Positions 18,216 through 27,062 of a stretch of 64,000 nucleotides of DNA are shown in pieces; position 1 is the stretch's first letter, and each line of letters begins with the position of its first letter. The stretch is from contig JAZKAU010000001.1 of NCBI GenBank assembly GCA_040388985.1, forward strand, positions 123,359 through 187,358, given 5' to 3'. Source of the DNA: Patescibacteria group bacterium (GTDB taxonomy: Bacteria; Patescibacteriota; Minisyncoccia; Phycocordibacterales; Phycocordibacteraceae). The notes beneath the pieces are model-generated. The model made no database searches. It saw only the letters and a list, made by a program, of their open reading frames with translations, and had not been told where the DNA came from. Position numbers and translations under genes: made by a program.

Positions 18216-18596
18216 ATGCGTATCGCCGGTGTCACCCTTCCAGATAACAAGCAACTCGCGTACTCGCTGCCGCTCATCTTCGGCATCGGTCCTACGCGTG
18301 CGCTCGATATCCTCAAGGAGGCGAAGATCATTGCTACCAAGAAGGGAAGCGAGCTTACTGCTGAAGAGGAACAGACCATCCGTGCGCTCGCCGAAGGCTA
18401 CACCATCGAGGGCGAGCTGCGCCGCGAAGTAGGCGGAAACATCAAGCGCCTCAAGGACATCCGCTCGGCTCGCGGCGTACGCCATGAGCGTCGCCTTCCG
18501 GTCCGTGCCCAGCGCACCAAGACGAATTCCCGCACCGTGCGCGGAAACACGCGCAAGACGATGGGTAGCGGTCGCCGCAGCCTCGAGAAGACATAA
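18216..18596 (+). CDS. rpsM: 30S ribosomal protein S13
   Basis: MRIAGVTLPDNKQLAYSLPLIFGIGPTRA...GELRREVGGNIKRLKDI matches the S13 pattern. Confidence 0.9.
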   Translation: MRIAGVTLPDNKQLAYSLPLIFGIGPTRALDILKEAKIIATKKGSELTAEEEQTIRALAEGYTIEGELRREVGGNIKRLKDIRSARGVRHERRLPVRAQRTKTNSRTVRGNTRKTMGSGRRSLEKT

Positions 18597-18629
18597 TTCG
18601 CTTTCGGCACTATTTCACTAATTTAATCT

Positions 18630-19064
18630 ATGGGTAAGAAACGAATCGTTAAGATGAGGGGCAAGGGCCTCGACCAGGGCCGCAAGGACCGTGCTCTTTC
18701 GAAGATCGCTAAGAAGCGTATCGATCGCGGCGTACTCCATGTTGAAGCTACCTTCAACAACACGAAGGCCGTCCTTACCGACGAGAAGGGAAATGCCATC
18801 ATGTCTTCCTCATCCGGAGCGCTCGGCTTCGCAGGAGCTCGCAAGTCGACTCCGTACGCAGCGGCTAAGGTCGGTGAGCTTCTCGGAGAGAAGGCGGCTA
18901 TCATCGGACTCAAGGAAGCTACCATCATCATCCGCGGTGTAGGTGCAGGTCGCGAATCCGTACTCCGCGCCTTCTCCGGCAAGGGCATCCAGATCCGCGC
19001 CATCAAGGATGCGACTCCGGTGCCGCATAACGGCCCGCGCCCGAAGAAGGCACGTCGCGTATAA
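18630..19064 (+). CDS. rpsK: 30S ribosomal protein S11
   Basis: GVLHVEATFNNTKAVLTDEKGNAIMSSSSGALGFAGARKSTPYAA is the S11 signature. Confidence 0.9.
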   Translation: MGKKRIVKMRGKGLDQGRKDRALSKIAKKRIDRGVLHVEATFNNTKAVLTDEKGNAIMSSSSGALGFAGARKSTPYAAAKVGELLGEKAAIIGLKEATIIIRGVGAGRESVLRAFSGKGIQIRAIKDATPVPHNGPRPKKARRV

Positions 19065-19094
19065 CGTTGCTGCTGTAATTCCACTACTTATTTT

Positions 19095-19715
19095 ATGAAA
19101 ATCGGACCAAAGTATAAGATCGCCCGCCGTCTCGGCCCCTCGGTATTCGAGAAGACCCAGACCCAGAAGTTCGCGCTTTCCCAGGAGCGCCGCGGGATGA
19201 AGCCGCGCGGTCGCGGTCGCGGACCGACCGAATACGGCAAACAGCTCCTCGAGAAGCAGAAAGTGCGCATGACCTACGGCCTCACCGAGCGCCAGTTCAG
19301 CAAGTACGTCGCGCAAGCTATGAAGACGCACGCGACTGCGGAGCTGACGCCGACTGATGTACTCCATCGCGCACTCGAGCTCCGTCTCGATAACGTCGTC
19401 TACCGCATGGGTCTCGCCCCGACCCGTCAGGCAGCGCGCCAGATGGTCTCTCACGGCCACATTACGGTGAACGGCCGCAAGACGACCGTCCCGTCGCGTC
19501 ACGTGAGCCTTACCGAGAAGATCGGCGTGCGCGAGGGAAGCAAGAAGAGCGTGCTCTTCGAGAATTTCGGCGAGCGTTTTGCGGAGCGTTCTCTTCCGTC
19601 ATGGCTTACGTGGAATCCGAAGTCCATGGAGGGAGGCGTAGCGAACATGCCGTCAGAGGAGGCAGCGACTCCTGCGGGAGACCTCTCCGTCGTGCTCTCG
19701 TTCTACAGCCGGTAG
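19095..19715 (+). CDS. rpsD: 30S ribosomal protein S4
   Basis: The S4 N-terminus MKIGPKYKIARRLG, plus RQFSKYV and an S4 RNA-binding domain (RLDNVVYRMGLAPTRQAARQMVSHGHITVNGRK). Confidence 0.9.
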   Translation: MKIGPKYKIARRLGPSVFEKTQTQKFALSQERRGMKPRGRGRGPTEYGKQLLEKQKVRMTYGLTERQFSKYVAQAMKTHATAELTPTDVLHRALELRLDNVVYRMGLAPTRQAARQMVSHGHITVNGRKTTVPSRHVSLTEKIGVREGSKKSVLFENFGERFAERSLPSWLTWNPKSMEGGVANMPSEEAATPAGDLSVVLSFYSR

Positions 19716-19839
19716 TGCCAGGCATAAGGGCCTAATCTGCTTTGTTGCAGAACCCGAAATTTCTTCCACCGTACGACCCAGTACGTTTCCAGAAATTCCG
19801 AGCTCTGCGCCTCGCATCTCAGACCCTTATGCCTGGCAC
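19716..19839 (+). other. Highly structured 124-nt rpsD-rpoA spacer: a perfect 16-bp outer stem enclosing nested hairpins (candidate processing, attenuation or autoregulatory RNA element)
   Basis: GTGCCAGGCATAAGGG (19716-19731) pairs with CCCTTATGCCTGGCAC (19824-19839). Inner pairs: CGAAATTTCT/AGAAATTCCG, CGTAC gaccca GTACG, CTGC tttgtt GCAG. Begins immediately after the rpsD stop codon. Confidence 0.5.
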
Positions 19840-19888
19840 TAGAGGCCACGAGTTTATATTATTAAATCTAGTTGAATACGATTGAGTT

Positions 19889-20842
19889 ATGGACCACCAG
19901 ATCACCCTTCCGTCAAAGCCACGCGTCGTCTCCGAAGAGGGGATGCAGGGCATCTATGAGATAGACTCGCTCTATCCGGGCTACGGCCACACGCTTGGAA
20001 ACTCGCTGCGACGCATCATCCTTTCCTCGCTCCCAGGAGCAAGCATCACCTCGGTGAAGATCGAGGATGTATCGCACGAATTCGCTACTATCGAGGGCAT
20101 CCGCGAATCGGTCATGGAGATCCTCCTTAACCTTAAGCGCGTACATTTCACGCTGCATGGCGACGAGGCACAGACTATCCGCCTATCCGTTAAGGGCCCA
20201 CAGCAGGTAACCGCAGCTAACTTCAGCCTTCCGACTCAGGTCGAGATAGCTAACCCTGACGCGCACGTCGCCGACATCACCGGCAAGGCATCGTTCGAAC
20301 TCGAAGCGACCATCGAACGCGGACTTGGCTACGTGCCACGGGAAGTCCTCACGAAGGACAAGGTAGACATCGGCACTATCGCGCTCGACGCGACTTTCAC
20401 CCCTATCCGCCGCGCTAACTACGAGGTGGAGAACATGCGCGTGGGCGATCGTACAGACTTCAATCGCCTGCGCATCCTCATCGAGACGAACGGCACTATC
20501 GCTCCGCGCGAAGCGCTCGAGCGCTCTATCGAGATAATGATCCACCAGCTAAAGTCCATCGTAGGCTTCCAGGAAGAAGTCGAGGCTCCGCAGCTTGGAG
20601 GAAACAGCGCAAGCGCTGAATCCGCAGCAGGAGGCAAGGACGCGTCGAAGGTTAAGGTCGAGGAGCTGGGTCTCAGCGCCCGCATCACGAGCGCGCTTAC
20701 CGACGCCGGCATCAAGTCGGTCGCCGGACTCGTCAAGAAGAGCGCGAGCGCGCTCAAGGAGCTTGATGGCGTCGGCGACAAGGCCGTAGCCGAGATCAGC
20801 GAGGCTCTCGGCACGCTCGGCCTCGAGCTTAAGGGCGAATAA
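19889..20842 (+). CDS. rpoA: DNA-directed RNA polymerase subunit alpha
   Basis: The N-terminal domain carries YGHTLGNSLRRIILSSLPGASITSVKIE. The C-terminal domain has an HhH-like segment (LGLSARITSALTDAGIKSVAGL). Confidence 0.9.
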   Translation: MDHQITLPSKPRVVSEEGMQGIYEIDSLYPGYGHTLGNSLRRIILSSLPGASITSVKIEDVSHEFATIEGIRESVMEILLNLKRVHFTLHGDEAQTIRLSVKGPQQVTAANFSLPTQVEIANPDAHVADITGKASFELEATIERGLGYVPREVLTKDKVDIGTIALDATFTPIRRANYEVENMRVGDRTDFNRLRILIETNGTIAPREALERSIEIMIHQLKSIVGFQEEVEAPQLGGNSASAESAAGGKDASKVKVEELGLSARITSALTDAGIKSVAGLVKKSASALKELDGVGDKAVAEISEALGTLGLELKGE

Positions 20843-20888
20843 GCTCAAGCTTGGACGTAATCACTAAGTAGTGTTAAAGTAGGAAGGT

Positions 20889-21242
20889 ATGCGACATCAG
20901 CACAAGGGACGATCGTTCGGACGGCCAAAGAATCAGCGCATAGCGCTGATGCGGTCGCTTGCTCGCTCCCTTATCATCCACGAGGGCATCGCCACCACCG
21001 AGGCTAAGGCTAAGGAGCTTCGTCCATTCATTGAGAAGCTTATTTCTCATGGACGCAACGACACGGTGGCTAATCGCCGCCTGGTCGCGAGCCGTCTCGG
21101 CAACGAGGACGCGCTCGTGAAGAAGGTCTTCACCTCTATCGCGCCTCGCTACGCGAGCCGCCCGGGAGGCTATACCCGCATCGTGAAGCGCGCGCCGAAC
21201 GCCGTGAACGCTCGGGACAACGCCTATATCGCCTTCGTCTAG
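20889..21242 (+). CDS. rplQ: 50S ribosomal protein L17
   Basis: MRHQHKGRSFGRPKNQRIALMRSLARSLIIHEGIATTEAKAKELRPFIEKLI is the L17 signature. Confidence 0.9.
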   Translation: MRHQHKGRSFGRPKNQRIALMRSLARSLIIHEGIATTEAKAKELRPFIEKLISHGRNDTVANRRLVASRLGNEDALVKKVFTSIAPRYASRPGGYTRIVKRAPNAVNARDNAYIAFV

Positions 21243-21253
21243 CTACTTCCACC

Positions 21254-21664
21254 ATGACCGCCATGAAATCAATCGCACAGAAAGTAAGCGCGCAGCGCAC
21301 CCTTCAGGGAGTGGACACCGTGTCCTATACCATCGACGCTTCCGGCCGTACGCTCGGCCGCGTCGCGAGCGACGCTGCAAGCGCGCTGCTCGGCAAGAAG
21401 TCGGCACAATACGTGAAGAACTTCGTCATTCCGACCGAAGTGACCATCACGAATGCCTCGAAGCTCTCTATCAGCGAGCGCCGCATGGCTGGAAAGGAGT
21501 ACGTCCGCTACACCGGATACCCCGGGGGCCTGCGAAAGACGAGCATGTCGCTCCTCAAGGACAAGAAGGGAATCGAGGAGGTGTTGCGTAAGGCCGTCGA
21601 CGGTATGATCCCGCGCAACAAGCTGCGCAAGGAGCGCATGAAGCGGCTCACCATCACCGCATAG
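21254..21664 (+). CDS. rplM: 50S ribosomal protein L13
   Basis: L13 pattern: ...VDASGRTLGRVASDAASALLGKK...RMAGKEYVRYTGYPGGLR... Confidence 0.85.
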   Translation: MTAMKSIAQKVSAQRTLQGVDTVSYTIDASGRTLGRVASDAASALLGKKSAQYVKNFVIPTEVTITNASKLSISERRMAGKEYVRYTGYPGGLRKTSMSLLKDKKGIEEVLRKAVDGMIPRNKLRKERMKRLTITA

Positions 21665-21684
21665 TTTTATCATTCTTTACCTGT

Positions 21685-22089
21685 ATGCCTGAAACACCTA
21701 TCCGCTATACCCTGGCCGTCGGCCGCCGCAAGACCGCTACCGCGCGCGTTAAGCTCACGCCCGCAGCTGAGACCAGTATCGTGATAAACGGCCTGCCTGG
21801 CGAGGAGTATTTCAAGACCAAGGAGCGTCGCTCTATCCCTCTTGATCCGCTCGGTCTTGAAGAAGTGACCGGCACTTTCGCTATCGAAGCCAAGGTGAAC
21901 GGAGGAGGCGTCAACGCTCAGGCAGAAGCGATTCGCATGGGTGTCGCTCGCGCAGTCACGCTTACCGACGCGAATCTCCGCACCCCGCTCAAGGTCGCAG
22001 GATTCCTGAAGCGCGACCCGCGCGCAGTCGAGCGCAAGAAGCCGGGACTTCGGAAGGCGAGAAAGAGTCCGCAGTGGAGTAAGCGATAA
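21685..22089 (+). CDS. rpsI: 30S ribosomal protein S9
   Basis: GRRKTATARVKL...GGGVNAQAEAIRMGVARAV...GFLKRDPRAVERKKPGLRKARKSPQWSKR is S9-typical. Confidence 0.9.
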   Translation: MPETPIRYTLAVGRRKTATARVKLTPAAETSIVINGLPGEEYFKTKERRSIPLDPLGLEEVTGTFAIEAKVNGGGVNAQAEAIRMGVARAVTLTDANLRTPLKVAGFLKRDPRAVERKKPGLRKARKSPQWSKR

Positions 22090-22122
22090 CGCTACGCTCG
22101 CACAGTCCGTGCGGAAGAGCAG

Positions 22123-22148
22123 AAAAAGCCCCAGCGGGGCTTTTTCTT
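22123..22148 (+). terminator. Rho-independent terminator after the ribosomal-protein block
   Basis: AAAAAGCCCC agc GGGGCTTTTT ctt. Confidence 0.75.
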
Positions 22149-22346
22149 ATGCTTCAGCGCGCGACTTTGACATAGCCACTTCGCGGACTCGCGGCGCAGA
22201 GCCGATGCCAAAGACCATGCTCGCGCACCTACGCAACTCTTCCGTACGGCTGTGCTCACTCCGACGATGGTCCGGAAAAGCTTAAGGTTATGAGTCTGCA
22301 CAACGACATACATTCTTTGAGAGATTTCTTGCTACACTGAGGGCAT

Positions 22347-22664
22347 ATGAAACTTCATCCGATGGTAGCGGGGGTTATCAATGCGGTTCTTCCGGGACTC
22401 GGATACGTGCTGCTGAAAGAGCGTGTGGTATTCGGCTGGCTCATGCTCGTAGGTACCATTCTTTATGGCATCGTACTGTTCACTGATCCGTCATCAGTAT
22501 TTGATACGCTGTTACTGGCGACCTCACCGCTCGGCAAAGTGATGGAAGCGTTGTCATACATACTGATAACGCTTGCCTTCGCGTATGACGCATACAGCAT
22601 CGCTGCTGGGAGGCATACGATTACCGTAGCCCTGCCACCATTACCAACCGTTCCAAGAGCCTAA
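22347..22664 (+). CDS. Small membrane protein (105 aa, 3 predicted TM segments), hypothetical
   Basis: TACACT box plus GAGGG lie before the ATG at 22347. Hydrophobic helices throughout. Confidence 0.5.
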   Translation: MKLHPMVAGVINAVLPGLGYVLLKERVVFGWLMLVGTILYGIVLFTDPSSVFDTLLLATSPLGKVMEALSYILITLAFAYDAYSIAAGRHTITVALPPLPTVPRA

Positions 22665-22676
22665 TTTCTAACTCAT

Positions 22677-23072
22677 ATGAAAGGATTTGTAAGCAACATC
22701 GAAGAGGATTCGCTCCAGAATGATAATTTCCGTGAGGTGCTCTATACGGGCACGTACATGCAGCTCGTGGTCATGAGTATCAATCCTGGCGAGGAGATCG
22801 GAGAAGAGGTACATGGCCAGGATCAGTTCATCCGCGTCGAGGAAGGAGAAGGGAAGGCGGTACTCGACGGCAAGGAGCACGAGCTATCCGACGGCTTCGC
22901 TGTCGTCGTCCCGGCAGGAACCAAGCACAACATCATAAACACCGGCACCGACTCCCTCAAGCTCTATACCATATATGCCGCACCGCACCATAAGGACGGC
23001 GTCATTCACAAGACCAAGGCAGCGGCCGAAAAAGATAAGACTGACGAGTTTCTTGGCGATACGACCGAATAG
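22677..23072 (+). CDS. Cupin-domain protein (second cupin in the window)
   Basis: PGEEIGEEVHGQDQFIRVEEGEGKAVLDGKEHELSDGFAVVVPAGTKHNIINTG has the cupin two-His/Glu motif layout. Confidence 0.6.
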   Translation: MKGFVSNIEEDSLQNDNFREVLYTGTYMQLVVMSINPGEEIGEEVHGQDQFIRVEEGEGKAVLDGKEHELSDGFAVVVPAGTKHNIINTGTDSLKLYTIYAAPHHKDGVIHKTKAAAEKDKTDEFLGDTTE

Positions 23073-23139
23073 GCCTCCGTGCACTTTTCAGGCAGGAGGT
23101 ATACCATGACCTATGTTCTGAATCGATTGGAGGTCTTTC

Positions 23140-23292
23140 ATGCAACGTGAAAAGCAATGGAGCTACGAGCTGCCGCTGGATCTTGGTGAAAAGTTCCGCG
23201 AACAGACGGCTCGGCTCCGGATGAGCGAAGAAGCGGCCATGGGGAAGGCGCTCGAGCTGCTCAGCAAGTGGAATGTAGATGAGCCTGGATGA
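23140..23292 (+). CDS. Possible small ORF (50 aa), ribbon-helix-helix/antitoxin-like in composition
   Basis: GGAGGT lies 6 nt upstream of the ATG at 23140. Translates to MQREKQWSYELPLDLGEKFREQTARLRMSEEAAMGKALELLSKWNVDEPG. Below the ORF-track cutoff. Confidence 0.3.
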   Translation: MQREKQWSYELPLDLGEKFREQTARLRMSEEAAMGKALELLSKWNVDEPG

Positions 23293-23421
23293 AGGCTTTC
23301 GCTCGCCACCGGCCAGTGGCGCCAGACTTGAGAGAAAGAGGCGGAGAGCGAGCGTCCAGGACGCTCGCTTCTTCTTTGCAGCTTTTGACTCCAGGTCTTT
23401 ATTCGGGCACAATCTGGCTAT

Positions 23422-23970
23422 ATGGATGACGACGTAATCATTGAGCGCGACGGACGTGAAGAAGACGGGGCGAGCGAGGAAGATATCGAGGCGACCGAGG
23501 CACGCGCCGATACGAAGGTATCCAAAGTAAAGAAGGACCTTGATACCTGCAAGAAGGAGAAACAGGAATATCTCGACGGCTGGCAGCGCGCTAAGGCTGA
23601 CTATGTAAATGCGCTGAAGCGTTTTGAGGAAGAGAAGAAAGGTGCGATGGACCGGGGCTCACTCAAGGCTGCCTCAGCCTTCCTGCCCGCTATCGACTCA
23701 CTCGAGCGCGCAGAAGGCGCGGGTGGCGTTCCCGAAGGATTCCAAGGCATCGCCAAGCAGCTCCACGAAGCCGTGACGAGCCTCGGACTCGTGCGCTTCG
23801 GGCAGTCAGGCGAGCCGTTCGATCCTATGCACCACGAAGCACTTGGCCAGGACGAGACTCCTGATCTCACGCTTGATGACACGGTATCCGCCGTCCTCGA
23901 GCAGGGCTGGAAGCTCCATGATACGATCGTACGCCCTGCAAAAGTGCGCGTCGCGCAGTTCGCTGCGTAG
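23422..23970 (+). CDS. grpE: Nucleotide exchange factor GrpE
   Basis: Coiled-coil region QEYLDGWQRAKADYVNALKRFEEEK and a C-terminal beta domain with FDPMHHEAL, typical of GrpE. Confidence 0.8.
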   Translation: MDDDVIIERDGREEDGASEEDIEATEARADTKVSKVKKDLDTCKKEKQEYLDGWQRAKADYVNALKRFEEEKKGAMDRGSLKAASAFLPAIDSLERAEGAGGVPEGFQGIAKQLHEAVTSLGLVRFGQSGEPFDPMHHEALGQDETPDLTLDDTVSAVLEQGWKLHDTIVRPAKVRVAQFAA

Positions 23971-23994
23971 CGACTAAGGATAGAGAAAACAAGA

Positions 23995-24041
23995 GACCGC
24001 CGCACCACGAAGGAGCTTTGGTCCTTGTCGGTGCGGCGGTC
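23995..24041. terminator. Bidirectional terminator hairpin between grpE (+) and a minus-strand membrane-protein gene
   Basis: GACCGCCGCACC ... GGTGCGGCGGTC, a long GC-rich inverted repeat. Confidence 0.55.
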
Positions 24042-24429
24042 AGGCCACTTCAACACATTGTTTCTGACGCCCTCGGATCCTGCCGATGCAGAGCGTGATG
24101 ACGACAGCCACCGCGCTCATCGGAATGATCAAAGCGAACGCCAGCTGTGTCCGGCCATCCCACTGCGGAGAAGCGAGTCCTGCCATGGTCGCCGAAGCGA
24201 ACGGGCAGAGAGCGATGGCGGAGCCGATGAAGCCGATGTCCCGCCAGAGGCATGTCAGGCGATTCATTTCCGCGACGCGCGACCTAGTCCAGATCCTCGT
24301 GGGGTGCTTCGCACGCGGGCCGATGACCTCGAAGTTATACAGGAAGCTCATGCTGAAGCCGACGATGGCTCCGAGCGCGCCGATAGCGGCGCATGCGATC
24401 GGAACTAATCCGAATGATTCGATACTCAT
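24040..24429 (-). CDS. Hypothetical small membrane protein (129 aa) inserted on the opposite strand between grpE and dnaK
   Basis: Internal ATG at 24429 (MSIESFGLVPIACAAIGALGAIVGF...). Has 3-4 hydrophobic helices. The upstream part of the 193-aa track ORF looks non-coding. Confidence 0.45.
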   Translation of the reverse strand: MSIESFGLVPIACAAIGALGAIVGFSMSFLYNFEVIGPRAKHPTRIWTRSRVAEMNRLTCLWRDIGFIGSAIALCPFASATMAGLASPQWDGRTQLAFALIIPMSAVAVVITLCIGRIRGRQKQCVEVA

Positions 24430-24471
24430 GGCTACACAGATCCTTTGGGTCAGAAACGATTGGGAAATATC

Positions 24472-24536
24472 ATATTCCGGGCTAAAGCGCGGAATATCTG
24501 TATATAGAGTAGCATATTTGACACATACTGTCAAAT
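24472..24536. promoter_or_regulatory. Two inverted repeats in the dnaK upstream region (candidate heat-shock operator and promoter)
   Basis: ATATTCCG n10 CGGAATAT (24472-24497) and ATTTGACA n5 TGTCAAAT (24516-24536, containing a TTGACA hexamer). Neither matches CIRCE (TTAGCACTC-N9-GAGTGCTAA) nor HAIR. Confidence 0.4.
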
Positions 24537-24685
24537 AAGTCCTATGCACGGATCGATACGAATACGACAAGACACTTGAATACATTCTGCAGAGGAGTAA
24601 AATGGTCTCACAGGGGCGCAACGGGAGATTTTCAATCGGTGAGCAACTCTTGTACGCATTAATCTAATTAGTAATTCGATATCAT

Positions 24686-26599
24686 ATGGCAAAGATACTT
24701 GGAATCGATCTGGGCACCACGAACTCCGCCATGGCTATCATGGAGGGCGGCGAGCCGCGTATCATCGAGAACGCAGAAGGAGCACGCACGACTCCTTCCA
24801 TCGTCGCAATCGCGAAGAACGGGGAACGCCTCGTCGGAACCCTCGCAAAGCGCCAGGCGGTGACGAATCCGAAGAACACCATCTACGGCATAAAGCGCTT
24901 CATGGGTCACCGCTTCGAGGACGACGTAGTGAAGAAGGATAAGGATGTCGTTCCTTATGAGATAAAGGCCGGACCTGACGGCGGCGTGCAGGTGCATCTG
25001 GGAGACAAGGACTACCGCCCTGAGGAGATTTCCGCCATGATCCTCACGAAGCTCAAGACTGACGCGGAAGCGAAGCTCGGCGAGAAGATCACGGAGGCGG
25101 TCATCACGGTCCCTGCATATTTCGACGACGCACAGCGCAACGCCACCAAGGCTGCAGGAGAGGTCGCGGGTCTCAAAGTCCTGCGCATCATCAACGAGCC
25201 TACCGCAGCCGCGCTAGCTTACGGCTTCAATAAGAAGAAGGATGAGAAGATCGTCGTCTATGACTTCGGAGGAGGAACCTTCGACGTCTCGGTACTCGAA
25301 GTGGGCGATGACGTCATCGAGGTGAAGTCCACCGACGGCGACAGCCACATGGGCGGCCGCGACATCGATACTAAGATCGTCCGCTGGATCGCTGACGAAT
25401 ATAAGAAGGAGAGCGGCATCGATGTCACCAAGGATGCGCTCGCGCTTCAGCGTCTTGATGAGGCAGCTGAGAAGGCCAAGCACGAGCTCTCGAACTCGAG
25501 CGAGACGGAGATCAATATTCCGTTCATCACCAGCACGGCCGATGGACCACAACACCTCCTCCTCAAGCTCTCACGCGCGACTCTCGAACAGCTTGCGAGC
25601 GAATATGTGAGCCGCTCCATAGACATCGTGAAGCGTGCGCTTGAGGCGGCAGGCATGAAGCCATCTGATATCAACGAGGTCATCATGGTCGGCGGCCAGA
25701 CCCGTATGCCGCTCATCCAGGAGGAAGTGAAGAAAGTGTTCGGCAAGGACCTGCACATGGGCGTGAATCCCGACGAAGTGGTCGCCATCGGCGCTGCTAT
25801 CCAGGCAGGTATCCTCCAGGGTGACGTGAAGGATATCCTGCTTGTCGACGTCATCCCGCTCTCGCTCTCTATCGAGACCATGGGCGGCGTCGCGACCAAG
25901 CTCATCGAGCGCAATACTGCTGTTCCGACCTCTCGTAGCCAGACGTTCTCGACAGCTAGCGACAATCAGACCAGCGTCGAGATCCATGTCGTGCAAGGCG
26001 AGCGCGCCATGGCAGCCGACAACAAGTCTCTCGGCAAATTCAACCTCGACGGCATCCCGCCAGCTCCTCGCGGCATGCCGCAGGTCGAAGTATCGTTCGA
26101 TCTCGATACCAACGGCATCCTCACCGTGAAAGCCACCGAGAAGACGAGCGGCAAGGAGCAGTCCATCCGTATCGAAGGATCGACCGGACTCTCACAAGCG
26201 GACATCGACAAGATGAAGGCTGACGCTGAAGCACACGCCAGTGAAGACGAGAAGCGCAAGGAAGCGGTCGAAGCCAAGAACATGGCCGAGCAGCTCATCT
26301 ACACCGCAGAGAAGGCGATAAAGGATGCGGGCGATAAGGCACCCGCTGACGTCGTGACCGAAGTGAACGAGAAGGTAGCTGCGCTCCGCACTGCGCGTAA
26401 GGGCGACGACCTCGACACCATCAAGTCAGCTTCCGAAGCTCTTTCGACCTCGCTCTCGAAGATCGGGGAAGCCATGATGAAGGATCAGCAGGATGGTGCA
26501 GGTGCCAAAGACGCCGCTTCCGAGGGTGGACAGAAGACGCCTGAAGGAACAACGGACGCTGAGTTTACGGAAAAGCCTGAAGACGGTACTGCGCAGTAA
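24686..26599 (+). CDS. dnaK: Molecular chaperone DnaK (Hsp70)
   Basis: Carries [16 protein letters not shown] and the full Hsp70 nucleotide-binding and substrate-binding domain layout. Confidence 0.95.
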   Translation: MAKILGIDLGTTNSAMAIMEGGEPRIIENAEGARTTPSIVAIAKNGERLVGTLAKRQAVTNPKNTIYGIKRFMGHRFEDDVVKKDKDVVPYEIKAGPDGGVQVHLGDKDYRPEEISAMILTKLKTDAEAKLGEKITEAVITVPAYFDDAQRNATKAAGEVAGLKVLRIINEPTAAALAYGFNKKKDEKIVVYDFGGGTFDVSVLEVGDDVIEVKSTDGDSHMGGRDIDTKIVRWIADEYKKESGIDVTKDALALQRLDEAAEKAKHELSNSSETEINIPFITSTADGPQHLLLKLSRATLEQLASEYVSRSIDIVKRALEAAGMKPSDINEVIMVGGQTRMPLIQEEVKKVFGKDLHMGVNPDEVVAIGAAIQAGILQGDVKDILLVDVIPLSLSIETMGGVATKLIERNTAVPTSRSQTFSTASDNQTSVEIHVVQGERAMAADNKSLGKFNLDGIPPAPRGMPQVEVSFDLDTNGILTVKATEKTSGKEQSIRIEGSTGLSQADIDKMKADAEAHASEDEKRKEAVEAKNMAEQLIYTAEKAIKDAGDKAPADVVTEVNEKVAALRTARKGDDLDTIKSASEALSTSLSKIGEAMMKDQQDGAGAKDAASEGGQKTPEGTTDAEFTEKPEDGTAQ

Positions 26600-26619
26600 C
26601 CAGGTTTCAACAGGAGCAG

Positions 26620-26656
26620 TCAAGCCCCGTAGAAGCATTGCTTCTACGGGGCTTGA
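26620..26656 (+). terminator. Rho-independent terminator after dnaK
   Basis: TCAAGCCCCGTAGAAGCA tt GCTTCTACGGGGCTTGA, a perfect 17-bp stem. Confidence 0.65.
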
Positions 26657-26746
26657 CATATCAATTTAACAATATATAATTAACCCCACGTGATTCGATT
26701 ATTCTGATCTTTTTCAACTCTAGACTGGCTCGGAGGGCCTCACTCG

Positions 26747-26953
26747 ATGAAGCGACTACTACTCAGCCTTGCTGCCGGCGCTCTGATATGGGTGGTCGAG
26801 ACGGCACTCGGTGGTTCCAGTACCATCATGCCGCTCCCTGCTTACTTCCGGGAGTTGGGGTGGACGGCGCCCATCTTCATCCCCCCTTTCACCTACTGCA
26901 TCTTTCGACTGCTCAAGAAGCAGCCGGGCGGCAAGAAGTACTGGTGGAATTGA
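26747..26953 (+). CDS. Small hypothetical membrane protein (68 aa) between dnaK and dnaJ
   Basis: GGAGGG lies 9 nt upstream of the ATG. Hydrophobic N-terminus and basic C-terminus (LLKKQPGGKKYWWN). Confidence 0.4.
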   Translation: MKRLLLSLAAGALIWVVETALGGSSTIMPLPAYFRELGWTAPIFIPPFTYCIFRLLKKQPGGKKYWWN

Positions 26954-27062
26954 GCAACATCAAGGGCGGCACGGACACGACATCCGGAGCCGCCCTTTGC
27001 AATTTCATACGATCTGCACCTTTTGCATGGCAAAACTAATAGGCGTATAGTACAGAAAAGCT

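Noticed and set aside
22092-22313. 73-aa minus-strand ORF after rpsI
   Set aside because: It spans the rpsI terminator and its translation is Arg/Ala-rich. No start context. It is likely a non-coding intergenic region leading to the 22347 gene.
24430-24690. CIRCE or HAIR heat-shock operators upstream of dnaK and grpE
   Set aside because: Searched by eye for TTAGCACTC-N9-GAGTGCTAA and CTTGAGT-N7-ACTCAAG. Neither is present. Different palindromes were found and reported instead.
25012-26298. Several 60-170-aa ORFs antisense or out of frame within dnaK (for example 25447-25965 minus, 25571-25996 minus, 25966-26298 minus)
   Set aside because: They lie entirely inside a confidently identified dnaK coding region. 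High-GC DNA produces long spurious antisense ORFs. Their translations are low-complexity, rich in Ser, Arg and Ala.
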